Assembly: GCA_051294375.1 (NCBI GenBank)
Contig: CM119271.1
Span: forward strand, 14,080,770 to 14,144,769
Length of the DNA: 64,000 bases
Reading direction: 5' to 3'
Origin: Paraspadella gotoi
Taxonomy: Eukaryota; Animalia; Chaetognatha
Shown here: positions 49,674 to 62,671 of the stretch, piece by piece
Numbering within the stretch: the first letter of the stretch is position 1
How the letters are laid out: each line of letters opens with the position of its first letter
Position numbers and translations under genes: made by a program
The notes under the pieces: model-generated
What the model saw: only the letters and a program-made list of their open reading frames with translations
Database searches by the model: none
Told to the model about the DNA's origin: nothing

Positions 49674-52600
49674 TCACTGTGTCAAGTGTTTCGCCGTGAC
49701 GATAAACTGCGGCGCTGCGCCAGTCAACTGTGGCGCCACGAGCTCTTGAAATACGAATTCCGGATTGGCAGCGACGCCGCGCAAAGTGGCGCCGAAGGAA
49801 GTAGCGCTGAAGGAGGCGTCGGAAGAGACGGCGCCGCCGGAAGTGAGCAAGACGGTTTGAATCGTCGGTTGCGGTTGAGCGGAGATCGAAGGATTGACGT
49901 CCACCGAAATGTTTTTAGATGCGATGGATTTGGAGGCGATAGATTTAGAGGCGTTAGATTTAGAGGCGATAGATTTAGAGGCAATAGATTTATGTGCGAT
50001 GGATTTGCCAGTTGAGACAAAAGACGAGACGGTCTCGAGCGGAGGAGGCTCGAAAAGGCTGACGTCCTTGTGACTCGTTGTCACGTGAATCTAAGAAGTA
50101 AAATAAGATTTACTAATTTCCTCCCCTTTCTTTTTCCTTCTCTTCTTTTTTCTCCCTCTCCTTTTCTTTTTTCTCCCTCTCCTTTTCTTTTTTCTCCCTC
50201 TCCTTTTCTTTTTTCTCCCTCTCCTTTTCTTTTTTCTCCCTCTCCTTTTCTTTTTTCTCCCTCTCCTTTTCTTTTTTCTCCCTCTCCTTTTCTTTTTTCT
50301 CCCTCTCCTTTTCTTTTTTCTCCCTTTCCTATTTGCCTTTCCTCCCCTAGAACTCGATCACCTTGAGTCTCCGCCGCTCAGAGAATCTCTGTTCGCAAAA
50401 CTCGCAGACGAAATCTTTCCTCTTGTCGTGGACCGAAGCGATGTGGTACTTGAGGTGATGACCGCGACCGAAGGCCCGACCGCACTCGGAGCAAACGTGC
50501 TTCTTTACCTGAGAAGCAGAAGAAGAATGGGTTTGTGGCGAATCCTAAATTCGTTCAAGTCAGCATGTCCCATAAGCTTGGACAGCTAAATACTCGCTTA
50601 CCAACCGTGAGTTTCGGGTTCAATCCCCTCACGGTCACGTGTTATGGTGTTGGCATAAACATTAAATCAAACCAGTGACATAGAGAGGTCACTTGAGGTC
50701 CAAAGCCCTGATCGCCAACTGTCAGGACAAGCCTCACAACCTGAGCATCGCACATGCCTCCCCGTTGCCATAGGTTATCTTTATCTTGAATGGCCGAAAC
50801 AATTGATTCAACAACCAAGTAAATCACCTTTTCGTGGACGACTTCGGTGTGCCGCTGCTGATGAGCCTTGTAGGAAAAGGCTTTACCGCACTTGGGGCAG
50901 ACGTAAGGTCGCAGTTTGAGGTGGCAGCAATCGATGTGCTTTTGCAGCGCCGTCTTTAAACAGCAACGGAAGTCGCAAAAGGGACAGCTGAGGGCTTTCT
51001 GTTTGAAGGGAAGGTTTGGGAAGAAGGGGAATGCTATTTAATAAGAGTAAATTGAAGAAAGATACCTCATTCCACTTGGTGCCCCGATCGTGACCGCTCC
51101 GCTGGCAAGACTCAGAATAGACACGATCGCAGGTCAGGCACTTTCTCTCCTGCTTGAATTCGTGGGCCGAGAGCTGGTGATGCTTGAGGCCCGTGAGGTG
51201 AGTGAAACCTGGGAAGTTGGAAGGGTAAGTTAAAGTTTAAGATGGGATTCGAAATGAAAAAAAGGCACGAACCTTTTCCGCAGATTGGGCAGAGGTGGCA
51301 GGGTAGTCCTTCGTGGTCGGCTTTTTGGTGCTCTAGCAGTAGATACCTAATGATTAATTAGTAATGAAAATGTGAAAAATAAAGAAAGAAAGTTGAAAGA
51401 AGAAAGAAACAAAGGAGACTCACCTCGTTACAAACTGTTTCTCGCACTGATCGCACGGAAACTTCCTCACTCGACCGTGAACGTTCTTCACGTGAACTCT
51501 CAAGTTGGTGATCGCCTGTGATGCGATAAAAAAAAAAAATATTTAAGAAAATTTAAAGGCTGCGACGCAATCATGAGGTTTGGTTATTTTAAAAGAATCT
51601 CACCTTGAAGGTTCTCCCGCAAAACTCGCAAACTCTGGGGTCAACATCTTCGTCGCAACCCGGTTCGCCTTCAACATCATCGCCGTCGCCGTCATCATCG
51701 GCGTCCTTGGCGGAGCCGCGCGTTTTCGCCCAGACGGGCCGGTGGTTGGCGAATCGCTTCGGCGGCGCCCTGTCCCGCCTCGGGCGGATCGAGGCGGCGA
51801 CAATACGCGAGGCGGACGAACGAGTTTTCATCGACTGGACGGGAATGTCGGCAGCTCCGGCGCCGCGTCGAGCGGACGACGAGTTTTCTTCGTCATTCGT
51901 GACGTCGACTGAATTCGACGCCGCGATTTCCTTTTTAACGTCCATCGGCGCCGACGCTGCTTCGTCTCCGGGCGGCGTCGGCACGAGAAAGGAAACAAGC
52001 GGCGGTGTCGACGGAGGAGAAGTCAAGTCGGGCAAGGTCGGCGCGAGCGAGATCGGCACTGGCTGGTTATGAGGCGGACTCGGTGGTTCGGGCGGGGTCT
52101 CGGAAGGTTGCGGCGGTGGAGGCGAATCGGGTTCGATCTTTATCTCCGTACGACTTTCAATTTCTACGAGAACTTCGAGAATGCTGAGAAGCTCTTCACC
52201 CACGACGGGCAAAGCGGCAGCGGCGTCGTTGTTATCAGCGTCGGTGGCAACTGCGTGGCAATAAAGTTCATCGTAGCGTCTAGAGGCGGCGCTGACTTCA
52301 GTTCCGCTCGTCGCTAACGCGTCCTTTGGTTCGGGACAAGTTTAAGAATATAATTTGCCTTTTCCATCATTTCTTCTTTTTTCTTTTACTTTTACAAGTA
52401 ACTTTTTTTCCCCGTCAATCGTTTTTTTCCTTTTTTTTGTCTTTCTCTTCCCTCCCTTTTGTTTTCCTTTTTAATTTTCTTTTATTTCTATTTATTTCTC
52501 TCTCCCCCCCCCATTTTCCTCCCCCCCAACCTTAAGCACTCCCCACGATCCCGAGTTGGCGACGATCCTGGCGACGGCGTGAAGAAGCGCGAGTCGGTAG

Positions 52601-52959
52601 CCGATGACCCTGAGTCTCGAATCGCTCGTCCCCGAGGCCCCTTCAACCAAGCATCCTTTCAACGCCGACACATCGTCTTCGACGACGCCGATCCATCGCG
52701 ACGCCCACCGCGCAAGCTCGATCATCTCCGCGGCGCCGTCGACGCCGGAATCTTTGGTCGGTTTGGCGCCGAGTCTTTTCTTTCGCGGTCGTCGACCTCG
52801 TTTCGCCCCACGACGAGGAGGAAGAGGAAAAAGAGCAAGAGTTTTTTCGACCACCTTTCCTTCTTCCTCTTCTCCGAATTCCTCTTTGACAAACTCGGCG
52901 CCCTCATCGGAGATGGCGCCGTTCGTGACGCCTATGGCGCCATCGTGCGCGATTGACAT
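49674..52959 (-). CDS. Multi-C2H2 zinc-finger protein (Pro-rich linker, C-terminal SIASK repeats)
   Basis: Exons with CEFCGRTFK|AITNLRVHVKNVH, CDQC, CPICGK, CPFC, CPKCGKAF, CSECGRAF, CEFC; last exon is ORF 49674-50084. Confidence 0.85.
50139..50329. repeat. 21-bp pyrimidine minisatellite (tctccctctccttttcttttt) in an intron
   Basis: Direct reading. Confidence 0.92.
50534..50772 (+). mobile_element. Solo LTR of a third TRIM family (C) with a tRNA-like segment
   Basis: Same termini as family A (TGTGGCG...GTTGCCATA) but a different interior; TSD GGTT at 50530-50533 and 50773-50776; B-box hairpin GGGTTCAATCCC. Confidence 0.85.
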
Positions 52960-53842
52960 TGCGTCCGCGCGTTCCGACTTTAAACATGAAAACTTGTTAG
53001 TATAAAAAATAACAAAAAAGAGATTGGAAAGTAACAGTAAATAAGATCTCCATATAAAAAACAAATGATTTCAGTAAGATAATTAGGACTAAGCTCTGAC
53101 GAACAAAGCCAGAGGTTTTTTTAATATATTCTTATACCGGCCAAGGTAGAATGATGGCAATATTGTTAATATTAAGTTTAAAAAAAAATCTAACCATAAA
53201 TATAGAAAATATTAACCAAAATCTTTGGAAAATCCACCCCTTCTTTGGAAGATTTTCGCCATAGAAGATTTTTCCCGAATCTGACTCCCGGTTGAAAACT
53301 CTTAGAATTCCGATCGTTAGCTCCTCTTTTACTTTTACTTTAAATAAAAATTTCACCAAAATGGACTAATTCACTTTATCATGATCGTATCATATCAAAA
53401 TAACCAAATAAAATGTAAAGAAAAATTTTGAGAGCCCTTCAGACACTTTGCCAAAGGATTCCAAAATTAGACCTCATTTGTTGAACAGGAACATACCTCA
53501 GTCACGTTTATATCGTTTTCAAGGAAAAAAATCCCTTTCATTTCTATATAAAATCAGAGATGGAAAATTTTTCCATCGAGAAGCAGTCTATTTGTTCTGG
53601 CTTGTTTGATATCAAGATGATGATGATTTGACAAGAGAAAAAAAATGCGAGCCCTTCAGATGCAACAGGATCGGAATCAAGTGTTTTTACATCGATATTT
53701 TACCAGAATTTTTACCAGGAGCGTTTATATTGTTTGGTAGTCAGATTTGAACGAAAATCTCCATTGAAAAAGTCTTCCTCGATCTCTAAGAACGACGTAG
53801 ACTCCTAGATAATGAGAGATAATTAACTATTTAAATAAACTT

Positions 53843-56800
53843 TTAACGAGTTTCTGTAACTGATTTCCTCGGCGAAGGCACCGATTCCATCTCGACTGGA
53901 TGAACTATGAAGTTGGCGGCGGAGTCTGCCATCTGGTGCACCCGACGAAGGTGAACGCGGACGCCGGATCTGTAGACGAATCTATAGTGGCACACGGTGC
54001 ATTCGAATCGGGGCGGGTAGTGGGACCTGAAAAGATTGAAAGGAGAAAAGGAAAAAAGAATGATATCAATTGAAAAACTTGGATTGTGGCGACAGATAAC
54101 AGATGAATAACAGAATTAGCGTTGGTAACGCACAACGGTAAGTAAATGGTAACGTGGGTGAAGAACTTTCCTCCCCTAAAAGGTTGAGTGGTGAGATTCG
54201 CCAGTGGTGAATGGTAAGGTCACCGTCGTCGGTTCGTCGTCGTCTTCGTCATTTGAGTCGCTACAGGTTATAGTCTTGGATATTAAACCTGAGATGTTGA
54301 TACAGATTATTCTTGCGCCGAAACGTCTTCTCGCACCGCGGACACTGAAAATTGCTCTCTTGGTGGCATTCCCGATGCCGCTCCAGCAGCCGGGCGTTGG
54401 CGCAGCGCCGCCCGCACTCGGGGCAGGCGAAGTCGCATTTCTCGGAAAAGTGGGCCTGAGGAAGAAAAGGGATTTAAAAATGAGAAAGAGGGAGAGGAGT
54501 CTTTAACTCGAATAAGAATCCTCACAACTTTACGGCTTAAAAATCCCGGGATATATCTCGCCTGGAGAAGATGTTCGCGAAGAAGCGAAGGAAAAGTGAA
54601 TCGTTTGGGACAAAGGCGACAGGGAAACCGGTGAGTCTCTTGTCCGTGAAGCTGAAGACAATCACCGCCGAATCAAAGGGAAGAAGGAAAAAAAAAATCA
54701 CAACGATGTCATCACGGTTTTTTTTTTTAAATCTCATTTGCATATTTTGACTCGGTCCATTCACCTGCCACTTATGCCTCTCCAAGTATTTCTCGACGAA
54801 AGACTTGCCGCACTGATCGCAGATGACCCGGGAGGGCTTGCCCGCCTTCGCGCAGATAGGCACGGTTCTCTGTGCATCGGGAATATCGAGGTCGCGATGT
54901 TGTCGGACCTCGAAATGGGGGAAAAAAACAGCCTGGGGCCCTTATGAAACAGTCACACGTTCTCAGTTTCTGAGTGATCAAGTCCTCTCACCAAGAGACG
55001 CGACTCAAACTTTTTCCCGCATCTGAAGCAATGGAACCACTTTTTGGCGTGATCGGTCTTGAGATGGCGCCGCAGCGCAGACCGAGGCTCCTCTTTTCGC
55101 CCGAGCAGCGAGAGAACGGCGTCGAATTGAGCCAGGTCCTTGGCGGCGTCGTAGTGGCACCAGGGGCACTCGAAGGCGGCGCCGTGCTCGATTCGAGCGT
55201 GGTCCAGCGCCACTTTGGGGCTGAGTTTGACGCCGCAGTCTTTGCAGGGACGGAGGTTGTTTCGCGGAGGGTAGGCGATGGCGTGGACGACGCGAAGGTG
55301 AACCTGGGACAAAATTCAATTTAAAAATATATGTATAAAAGTATATATACAACAAATTTACATACTTATAGGTATTGACAAATATTTATGGATATCAACT
55401 CTCGTTTCATCGCTTAGTTCCTAGTAGTGTTCCTTATCGAGCAGTAATAACAAGAGGACAATTTGAAATAACCGAATTCAAAATTTCGGAATGAGCAACA
55501 ACAGGTAAAAAATAGTCTCAACGATGTCTAACAATTTCCTGAAACTTTTCTCACTGAACAATAACTTACTTTTTATTAATGAAAAACCACGGAATGAGAA
55601 AAAAGTTTTTTTTATTAATTGTTACTTGTTGAGCAAGAATAAATTACGATGCGAAACCAGTAAGCACGAAGACCACAACTTAAAGTGAAATAAATAATCA
55701 ATGCTGATTATTAAACTAATCATAAATATTAAATAAGGATTAATAAATTTTTTTGAACCACAATTAATCCATGCACTGAAAACTAAATTCGAAATAACAT
55801 TTGTTTGACCCTTCTATTTATTCCCCGACAAGAAAGATTCCAAAGAAGGAATGGAGGGCGGCTTGGGCCAACGAGCTCTTGCAATTCTCTTTCGGTTTCA
55901 TCTCCAAAAATATTCGCGTGCCCTCGGCGAGCAGCTTGGCGAATCCCAGGTAGCAGCCGTGGATTAAGCGGTTGGAACTGTTGCGGGACAGTTCGTCAAT
56001 ACAAGAGACGGTTTCGTTGCCCATTTCTGGGATAAATTGAAACAAAATAAGAAATGAAACGATTAACTCCAGGGCCGAAAAAAGCGCTCACCATTTCTGA
56101 AGACCATCTCGTAATAGCATCGAGATTCTTCCGATTTAAAAACGACTCGAGAGTTAACATGATAGAATCCTCCTCGAAGAATCTCGATCTCTCCGAAGGC
56201 GTATTTCAACGCCGCTCCGGATTCCCGTGACGGCTGCGTCCACCACGCCCACTTCCATGGCTTCAACGGCGCCGTGGAGTTCCATTCGTCGCCGTCGAGA
56301 TGAAGCGCATCGCCAACCGTCACGGAGTCGGCGCTCAAGCTACGGTCGAATACGACGCCGAGAAGAAGCGCCGACAAGAAATACTCGGTAAACATTTTCT
56401 GGGATGCTTTTGTAACTATGTCTACATTGTCTATTCTTCGGTACGTATAAAATTGGGAAATGTACGTCGAAGGATTTGAAATAGTATGTAGAGAAATGGC
56501 GATGCCATTTCTATTTATTTCTTTGCCATTTTGTTTTACCATTTCTTTGACCTTTTTGTAGATTGTGCTTTTGCTTTTCTTGGAGATTACTCTCCCTTTT
56601 CTTTCTCTTTACCAGATATATTAGGCCATAGACTCTAGACCTTTCTCAGCCCGTCCAAAAACGGCCTTTTACGGAGCTTAGGTCACCCCACGTCACGTCA
56701 CGTCAACCTTACGCCATGATACCATTTTAGTGAGCCTACGGGCCCGGCCTATGAGCCCAGAGACTTCGTGGTTTCAGACTTGTGGACGGCTCTGTGGATA

Positions 56801-59302
56801 GACTCGTGGCCATAGACTTGTGGACGTGCTCGTGGTCATCGTCTTCAGACCACACTCGTGACGCCTCGTCGACTACCCTCGCGGCGCCGGTAGCGGCGAC
56901 CGCGGGTTTCTACCGTCTTCGAGACGGCGCTACGGCGTTCACGGCGCTCGTCCATCGGCGCCGGGCGTCGTCGCCCACTCTTTCCGACGACGGCTTCGAG
57001 GGACGTTGGGACGACTTCAGCTTCTGTACAGCTACGCGACGGGAGAGATACCGAGGAGGCCTCGACCTACCCTACGGGTTCGTTGACATAGTATGAGATT
57101 TAATGGCCCAAATTAAATGTTGAACAATAAGTAATTTTTAAGTATGAAACGAACGTGCGATGAATGAATTAAAGTTTTAAATTATTTGTTTCTCTTCTCT
57201 TTGAAAATTCGAAATCCCAAAAGATAAGAAAGCGCGACCTTTTTAAATCACCACAGTGAAAAAACGCAAGTCAGAAATTTTGGGGTCGGAGTAAAGGAAA
57301 TCACCGAGTGATGACTGATGATGATGATTCGTCTTTTCGCTTAAAACAATCACGAACCCTTATAAAAATAAACACGTACGTATACCCAATTAAGCATTAT
57401 GCAATAATGTTTTAAAAGTTTTTTTTATACTGACAATTTTTTTTAAATTTTATGTTCTTTTGAGGGTATTTCTTTTTTCACTTCTCCGCCCCCAAAAGAA
57501 GAGAAAAGTATAAGAAAGAAAAAAACTGGACAATCAAGCCATGTTAAACATAGGTTTAAACGCAAAAATACTTGACCGATAGTTTCCTCGAGCTTAGTAA
57601 ATTAGTGGATGGTGGATGACCCCTCGAGCGGCCTTGATACCCTTGCTAGCCTTGCTACCCAGCCAGAACAAGTTAAGCTCTCCTACTATAGATATTTAAT
57701 ATTTGTAACATCACGTAATTCGATCACGTAAAAAAATAAAGAATGCGGCGCAACAACTTTGAATTGCCGTTCCTCGTTTTTCATTCTCCTACGACTACAT
57801 TTTGTCTTCAAAAACCCAAAACCACGACTTACCTTCAATTCGTTGATTCCAGCGAGAGATTTCTTGCAATAGCAGCAGGAAACGACCGACTCGCCGGAAA
57901 AATCGGCGTCCTTCTCGACGCCAGTTTCGGCGTAGTCAGTAAAATCATCGTCGGCGCCAGCGGCGTCGCGTCCGTGAAACTTGATGGCGTGGGTGAGGAG
58001 TTTGACACCCCTGACGAAAGAGGAGCAGGCGACGCAGAAGAGACTCCGGTCGTCTTTTTCAGACTCGGCGACGAGCGCTTCCTCGATTGGGCGCGTCCTC
58101 GGCCGACCTGGTGGGCGAGGGGGGAGGCGAGACTGGGCGCGACGGGTCGAGGGTCTTCTGATGGGTCGGGATATGGGTAGAGTTTTAAATCCGGGTACGA
58201 CTTTTCGTTTCGGGAGTGTGGGAGGGTTGGTTGGAGACTCGTGTCCTGTCACCGACGCAGGAAGATAATTGATAAACGTCGTCGTCGATGTTGTTGTCGT
58301 CGTTGTAGTAGTAGGCGTTGACTCCTCACGACTATCCTGGACGTTTGAGTCATCGAGAGCTTCCAGAGGATCGTAGTTTACTTCCTCTTTGAAATCATCG
58401 CGGGGTTGATGGCAGCAAACTGATTCGGCCCCGCCGCAGCCATCGCCATCGCCATCGCCATCGCCTCTCGATTCTAATTTTAGGCAAAAAATCTCCGATG
58501 GATCGATCACGTCGTTGTCAGAGGTTTTGTCGGCGGAATTTATGGAAGCGTTATCGGTTTCTCCCAAATCGACGCCGAACACCCCAGAGTCTTCGGTTTT
58601 AATCAAAACATAGTCGACCGCGGGAGGCGCTGTTAAAAGTTCAGGCGCCGAAGAGACGTCGTTCGACGCCGAGTTGACGCAGGTCCTTTCGGCCGACGGG
58701 TTCTTCAAGCGCCGCAGCGAAACGCGGGTCGAATATCGAAACGGGCGGAGAAGAGAAGCGACGCCGGAGACGAAGTCGTCGAGTAGAAGGGAAAAGACTA
58801 ACGGCGTCGGCGTCATCGAAACAAAACCCGGCGGCGTCGAATCTGAGCTCAACGAAAACCTGACGCGTTTTTCGTCGCAGCCTTCGAGAAAAGCCAACGT
58901 GACGCGATCGGCAACGACCAAACTGCCGTTGGGGTCTCGACGAAGGCGAAGAACCGACGCGCGCCGTTCCGAGTCGAAAAGTTGCGGCGCCGAGTGGATG
59001 GGCGGCGCTGATTCGCGGCGCCAAACGACCCAATCGGGGTCGGCATGAAGAGGGAGTTGAGAGGCGAGGAGGCGGAGGTAGAATTCGTGGTAGGAATTGG
59101 GATCGGACGACGACGACGACGAAGATGAAGACGACGACTCCAATTGTCTAACACGATTTTCTAATTTTTCAATTTCGGTCAAAAACAAATCGACGATCGA
59201 AGTCATGTCTTTCGACAAATTTGTCGTTGTTGTCAATCGTAGCTCTATCGCCTCGAGGTGACGACGAACGCGACGAAGTTTCTCGACGATCGTCGTCGTC
59301 AT
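53843..59302 (-). CDS. Multi-C2H2 zinc-finger protein, paralog 2; hosts a nested TNF-like gene in intron 1
   Basis: Exon 1 ends CCYCKKSLAGINELK|GTAAGT (~57832) and continues VHLRVVH at ~55303, completing one finger. Terminal finger HYPPRFECTVC...HLRRVH; stop at 53843. Confidence 0.88.
55818..56395 (-). CDS. TNF-superfamily-like ligand (signal peptide + TNF homology domain), 2 exons, intron 56027-56091
   Basis: ALHLDG, PWKW, GEIEILRGGFYHVNSRVVF, CYLGFAKLLAEGTRIF, SFFGIFLV are TNF homology domain strand motifs; MFTEYFLSALLLGVVF is a hydrophobic leader. Confidence 0.82.
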
Positions 59303-59636
59303 TTGCCTCGACTTTAATTAATACATTTAAATAAAGCAATGTAAAAAGAAGGAATGTAAACGTGTTGTAGAAACAAGAAAAAGAAGAAATTGTATTAAGG
59401 CGGCGAAGAACCGCATTCTCTTCAATAGAATTGACTTCCACCAGGAAAAAACATCGAATAAATGTGTCTTTGTTTACAAACTAAAACTACAATTGCCATA
59501 CCATAGGTTATGATAAAAAATTGAGGATGAAAACTTGTATTCTGAACTATTCTGTAAGTCTAAGTCAGCAAATGTAAAAAAAATATTCAGTTTTGAGCGA
59601 TAAATGTTAAGATTCCCACACCACGCCACCCCAACG

Positions 59637-62600
59637 TCAAATCTTTAATCGCGACTCTTTCTTGACGTACTTTTCCCAGTCGACGTACTTGTGCACCTGA
59701 ATGAGGTGCGTCTTGAGTCCGCACCTGTAGACGAACTTTTTGCTGCAGCCGAGGCACTCGTACTGCGGAGGAAAGTGGCTAAGCAGGTGCTGTTTCATGT
59801 TGTTCCGAGTGCGGAACATCTTGTCGCAATGAGGGCAGGCGACCCGGGCCTCGAAGTGGGTCTGCTCGTGCTGCTTGAGCATGCGGCGACTGGCGAACTT
59901 CTTGCCGCAAAGGGCGCACTCCATGTCGCGCTTCTCTGGAAAGTGGAACTGGAGGAGGTGGGCGCGGAGGCGCTTGGGGTGCTCGTAGCGTTTGTCGCAG
60001 AAGCGACACTCGTACTTGAAGAAGAGGCGCTCTCGGTCGTGCATGCGGTTGATGTGGGTCTGGACGAGAGGATGGAATATCGATGATAGTATAAATATCA
60101 ATAAAAATCCATTTCGCTCCATTTTGCATTACTTGCAAATAGGAGGAGGAGAAGGAGTGGCCGCAGTGCACGCAGAGGATCTTGGTGTCCTTGGCGGCGA
60201 CGCCCGTAGGGAGATTCTTGCATAGCGGAGTCGCGCGATCATCTTCGCCCACGTGGCGGTTGTGGTGCTCCTCCAGATCCTCGCGACTTTTGAAGGACCT
60301 GGAAGACGAAATGGTTTTGTCGAAATTGAAAAGGTAACGACGCTGGACAGACAACTCCACCCACCTGTGGCAATAAGTGCAACGGGCGCGGACGAAGGCT
60401 TTGCTGAAGTGATCGTTGGCGATGTGACGCCGAAGTTTGTGCTCTGGGCTTACGTTCACCGCCATTTGCTGTCAAAGCAAATATTATCACACTGGCATTC
60501 ATGATCGTCGTTTTTTTATATTAAACCATTGCTGCACGGTTTGATGGATTATTCCAAGAGTAGCTAGCCTACTTTTACTGGCTAAATAACAAAACAAAAT
60601 AATTTACTTTTGAAAGTTGGAGGTTGCTTTGTTGAATAATGAATAACAACTAAATAGCTTGATCCTAACAGAAAAGAATTCTAACGTATTAGTCAAAAAT
60701 GAACGATGCATTCAAAAACTATTTTATTCAAGACCTGCAGCATAACATCGACGGCCATCTGACTCGGATCCTGGTCGCTCCTCCCAAAGTCGCAATAGGG
60801 GCATTCGAGAGGGCGACTGTGCTCGATCCTCATGTGATCCACAGTCTGGTTCTCACACAATTCCACCGAGCACATCTTGCAGGGCAGTTTGTGCTTTGAC
60901 CATCTGAAAGACAGGAAGTGGGTTAGGGTCGATCGCTCGCCACGAAAAGACAGGAAACTTAGCGCACCCACCTGCCGACGTTGTGAAGGGCGTGGACGTG
61001 CTTCTTGAGATCCTCGAAGGCAGAGAAGGTTTTGTCACAATAACAGCACTCAGGATCAGAGAAGCTACCGACCGACAAGAAGAAAGAAACTAACATAACG
61101 ACATCACACAGTCGATTACAATCATCTCCTTTCCAAAAAGCAATCGTATACAAACCCGTGAACGTCCTTCATGTGCCGAGGCGCCGCGAGACGACAGACC
61201 TCGACGCCGCAGAGACGGCACGGAGGAAGCTTCTTTCTCGGCGTCACCGATTCCTTCGCCGCTCTCTTCGTCGTCGCCGATTTGGCCTTTGCCGAGACCT
61301 TGGCCTCTTCACTGGCTTCGGCGACCGGCTCATCGTAAAAGCCTTTCGGTTTCCTGCCTCGTTTTTTCTTCGGAGGAATTGATCCTTCGACTTCAGCGCC
61401 ATTCACTTTTAATTTTATCTGAGAAGAACTCGTTCGTCGTTTTTTTGGCGACTCGGGAAAGAAATCGTCGAGATCGTCATCGCCAAAGTCTTCGGGTTCG
61501 TCGTAAAAATCTTCATCGCCGCCAGCGACGATAAATTCGCCGTTGGCTTCATCTAGTACGGATTCGTCGCCGCCATTTTCTATCTTCGGCGTCGCCATCA
61601 ACTTTCTCGTACCAGAGGAGGATTCGAGGCGAAAATCCGAGTCATGACGCGACAGCTCTTTCATGTGAGCGATCCCATTGTACCCTAAGTCAACGCCCTC
61701 GGTTTCTCGCCAACTTAACGCAGTCAAATCGCGGTTTTGGTGATCGTTGCAGGTATGACGGTCATTCTCTACTTTTACCGAAACATTTGTCGACGACTTG
61801 GAGACATATTTGTCCAAGTTACGATCTCCAACGGTCGCCGTTGACGACGTTGAAGGAGTGGTCGTGGGAATCTGCGGCTTAAGATCGAGCCGAGGCCGAC
61901 CACGACGGCGTCGATGATTAGAGGGACGACGGTTGGCCAACAATGAAACTAGATTCTCGACGAAGACGCGAGGATCGAACTCGTAACTGAAAAAAAAAAC
62001 AAGAGAAGGATTTGACTTGAACTGAAGAAACCAACCACTGACGGTAGGATAAGCAAACCCCGTCGTCGCCTCTTCAGCAACGAAACCCCTCCACCGCACC
62101 TCTCCGCTTTTCCCGCCACGTCGCCTTCTGCCAACAACGAGAATCTGACTTGGACGGCGTCGGTGTCCGCGTGAAAAAGCAGAGTGACGGTGCCGCAGGG
62201 AATGACGCCATCTTCGGCACCGTTCTCGTTTATGGCGGCGCCAAAGTCTGATCGCAGGCGAAGTTGAAGGGAATTGGCGCCTCGCCGCCAAACGACCCAC
62301 TCCGGGGCGAGGAGAGGAATCTCCGCGCAGACGACGTCCTGTTACGAAGTTACAGATCAATTCTTTTTTTTTGTTTTTCGCCGCATTATTACTTTCGCAT
62401 CCACCCTCGCCTGGTAATGATGCACGGCGTCGTTGAGTTCCGCTCCGGCGACGGCGCCGTCGACGCAGTCTCGCTCTCGCGACGCGGCCGTCTCCGACCT
62501 CAATTTGATCACAGTCGTCGCCAGGGAGTTAAGCTTCTCCAAAATGTCGAGGACGGCGCCGAGCGAACTCGATTCGGCCGACGAGAGAGTGTTGGCGAGA

Positions 62601-62671
62601 AGTTTGAAGTCGCGCCGAAGACTCCCCACGCGGCAGAGGAGGCCGGAAAGGAGGGTCTCCATCGACTCCAC
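59637..62671 (-). CDS. Multi-C2H2 zinc-finger protein, paralog 3 (includes AT-hook-like RGRP/RGRK motifs)
   Basis: CRLCGVEV...HMKDVHG, CCYCDKTF...HVHALH, CRFCDK, CALCGKKF, CPHCDK, and terminal HFPPQYECLGC...HLIQVH. Confidence 0.88.

Noticed and set aside
56021-56099. 9-bp direct repeat (CAGAAATGG on minus) at both ends of the TNF intron, suggesting an introner
   Set aside because: Single instance, with no similar intron elsewhere in the window.
56630-57095. GC-rich block in the ZNF intron upstream of the TNF gene
   Set aside because: No convincing ORF, termini or TSD; could be a TE remnant or UTR exon but cannot be supported.
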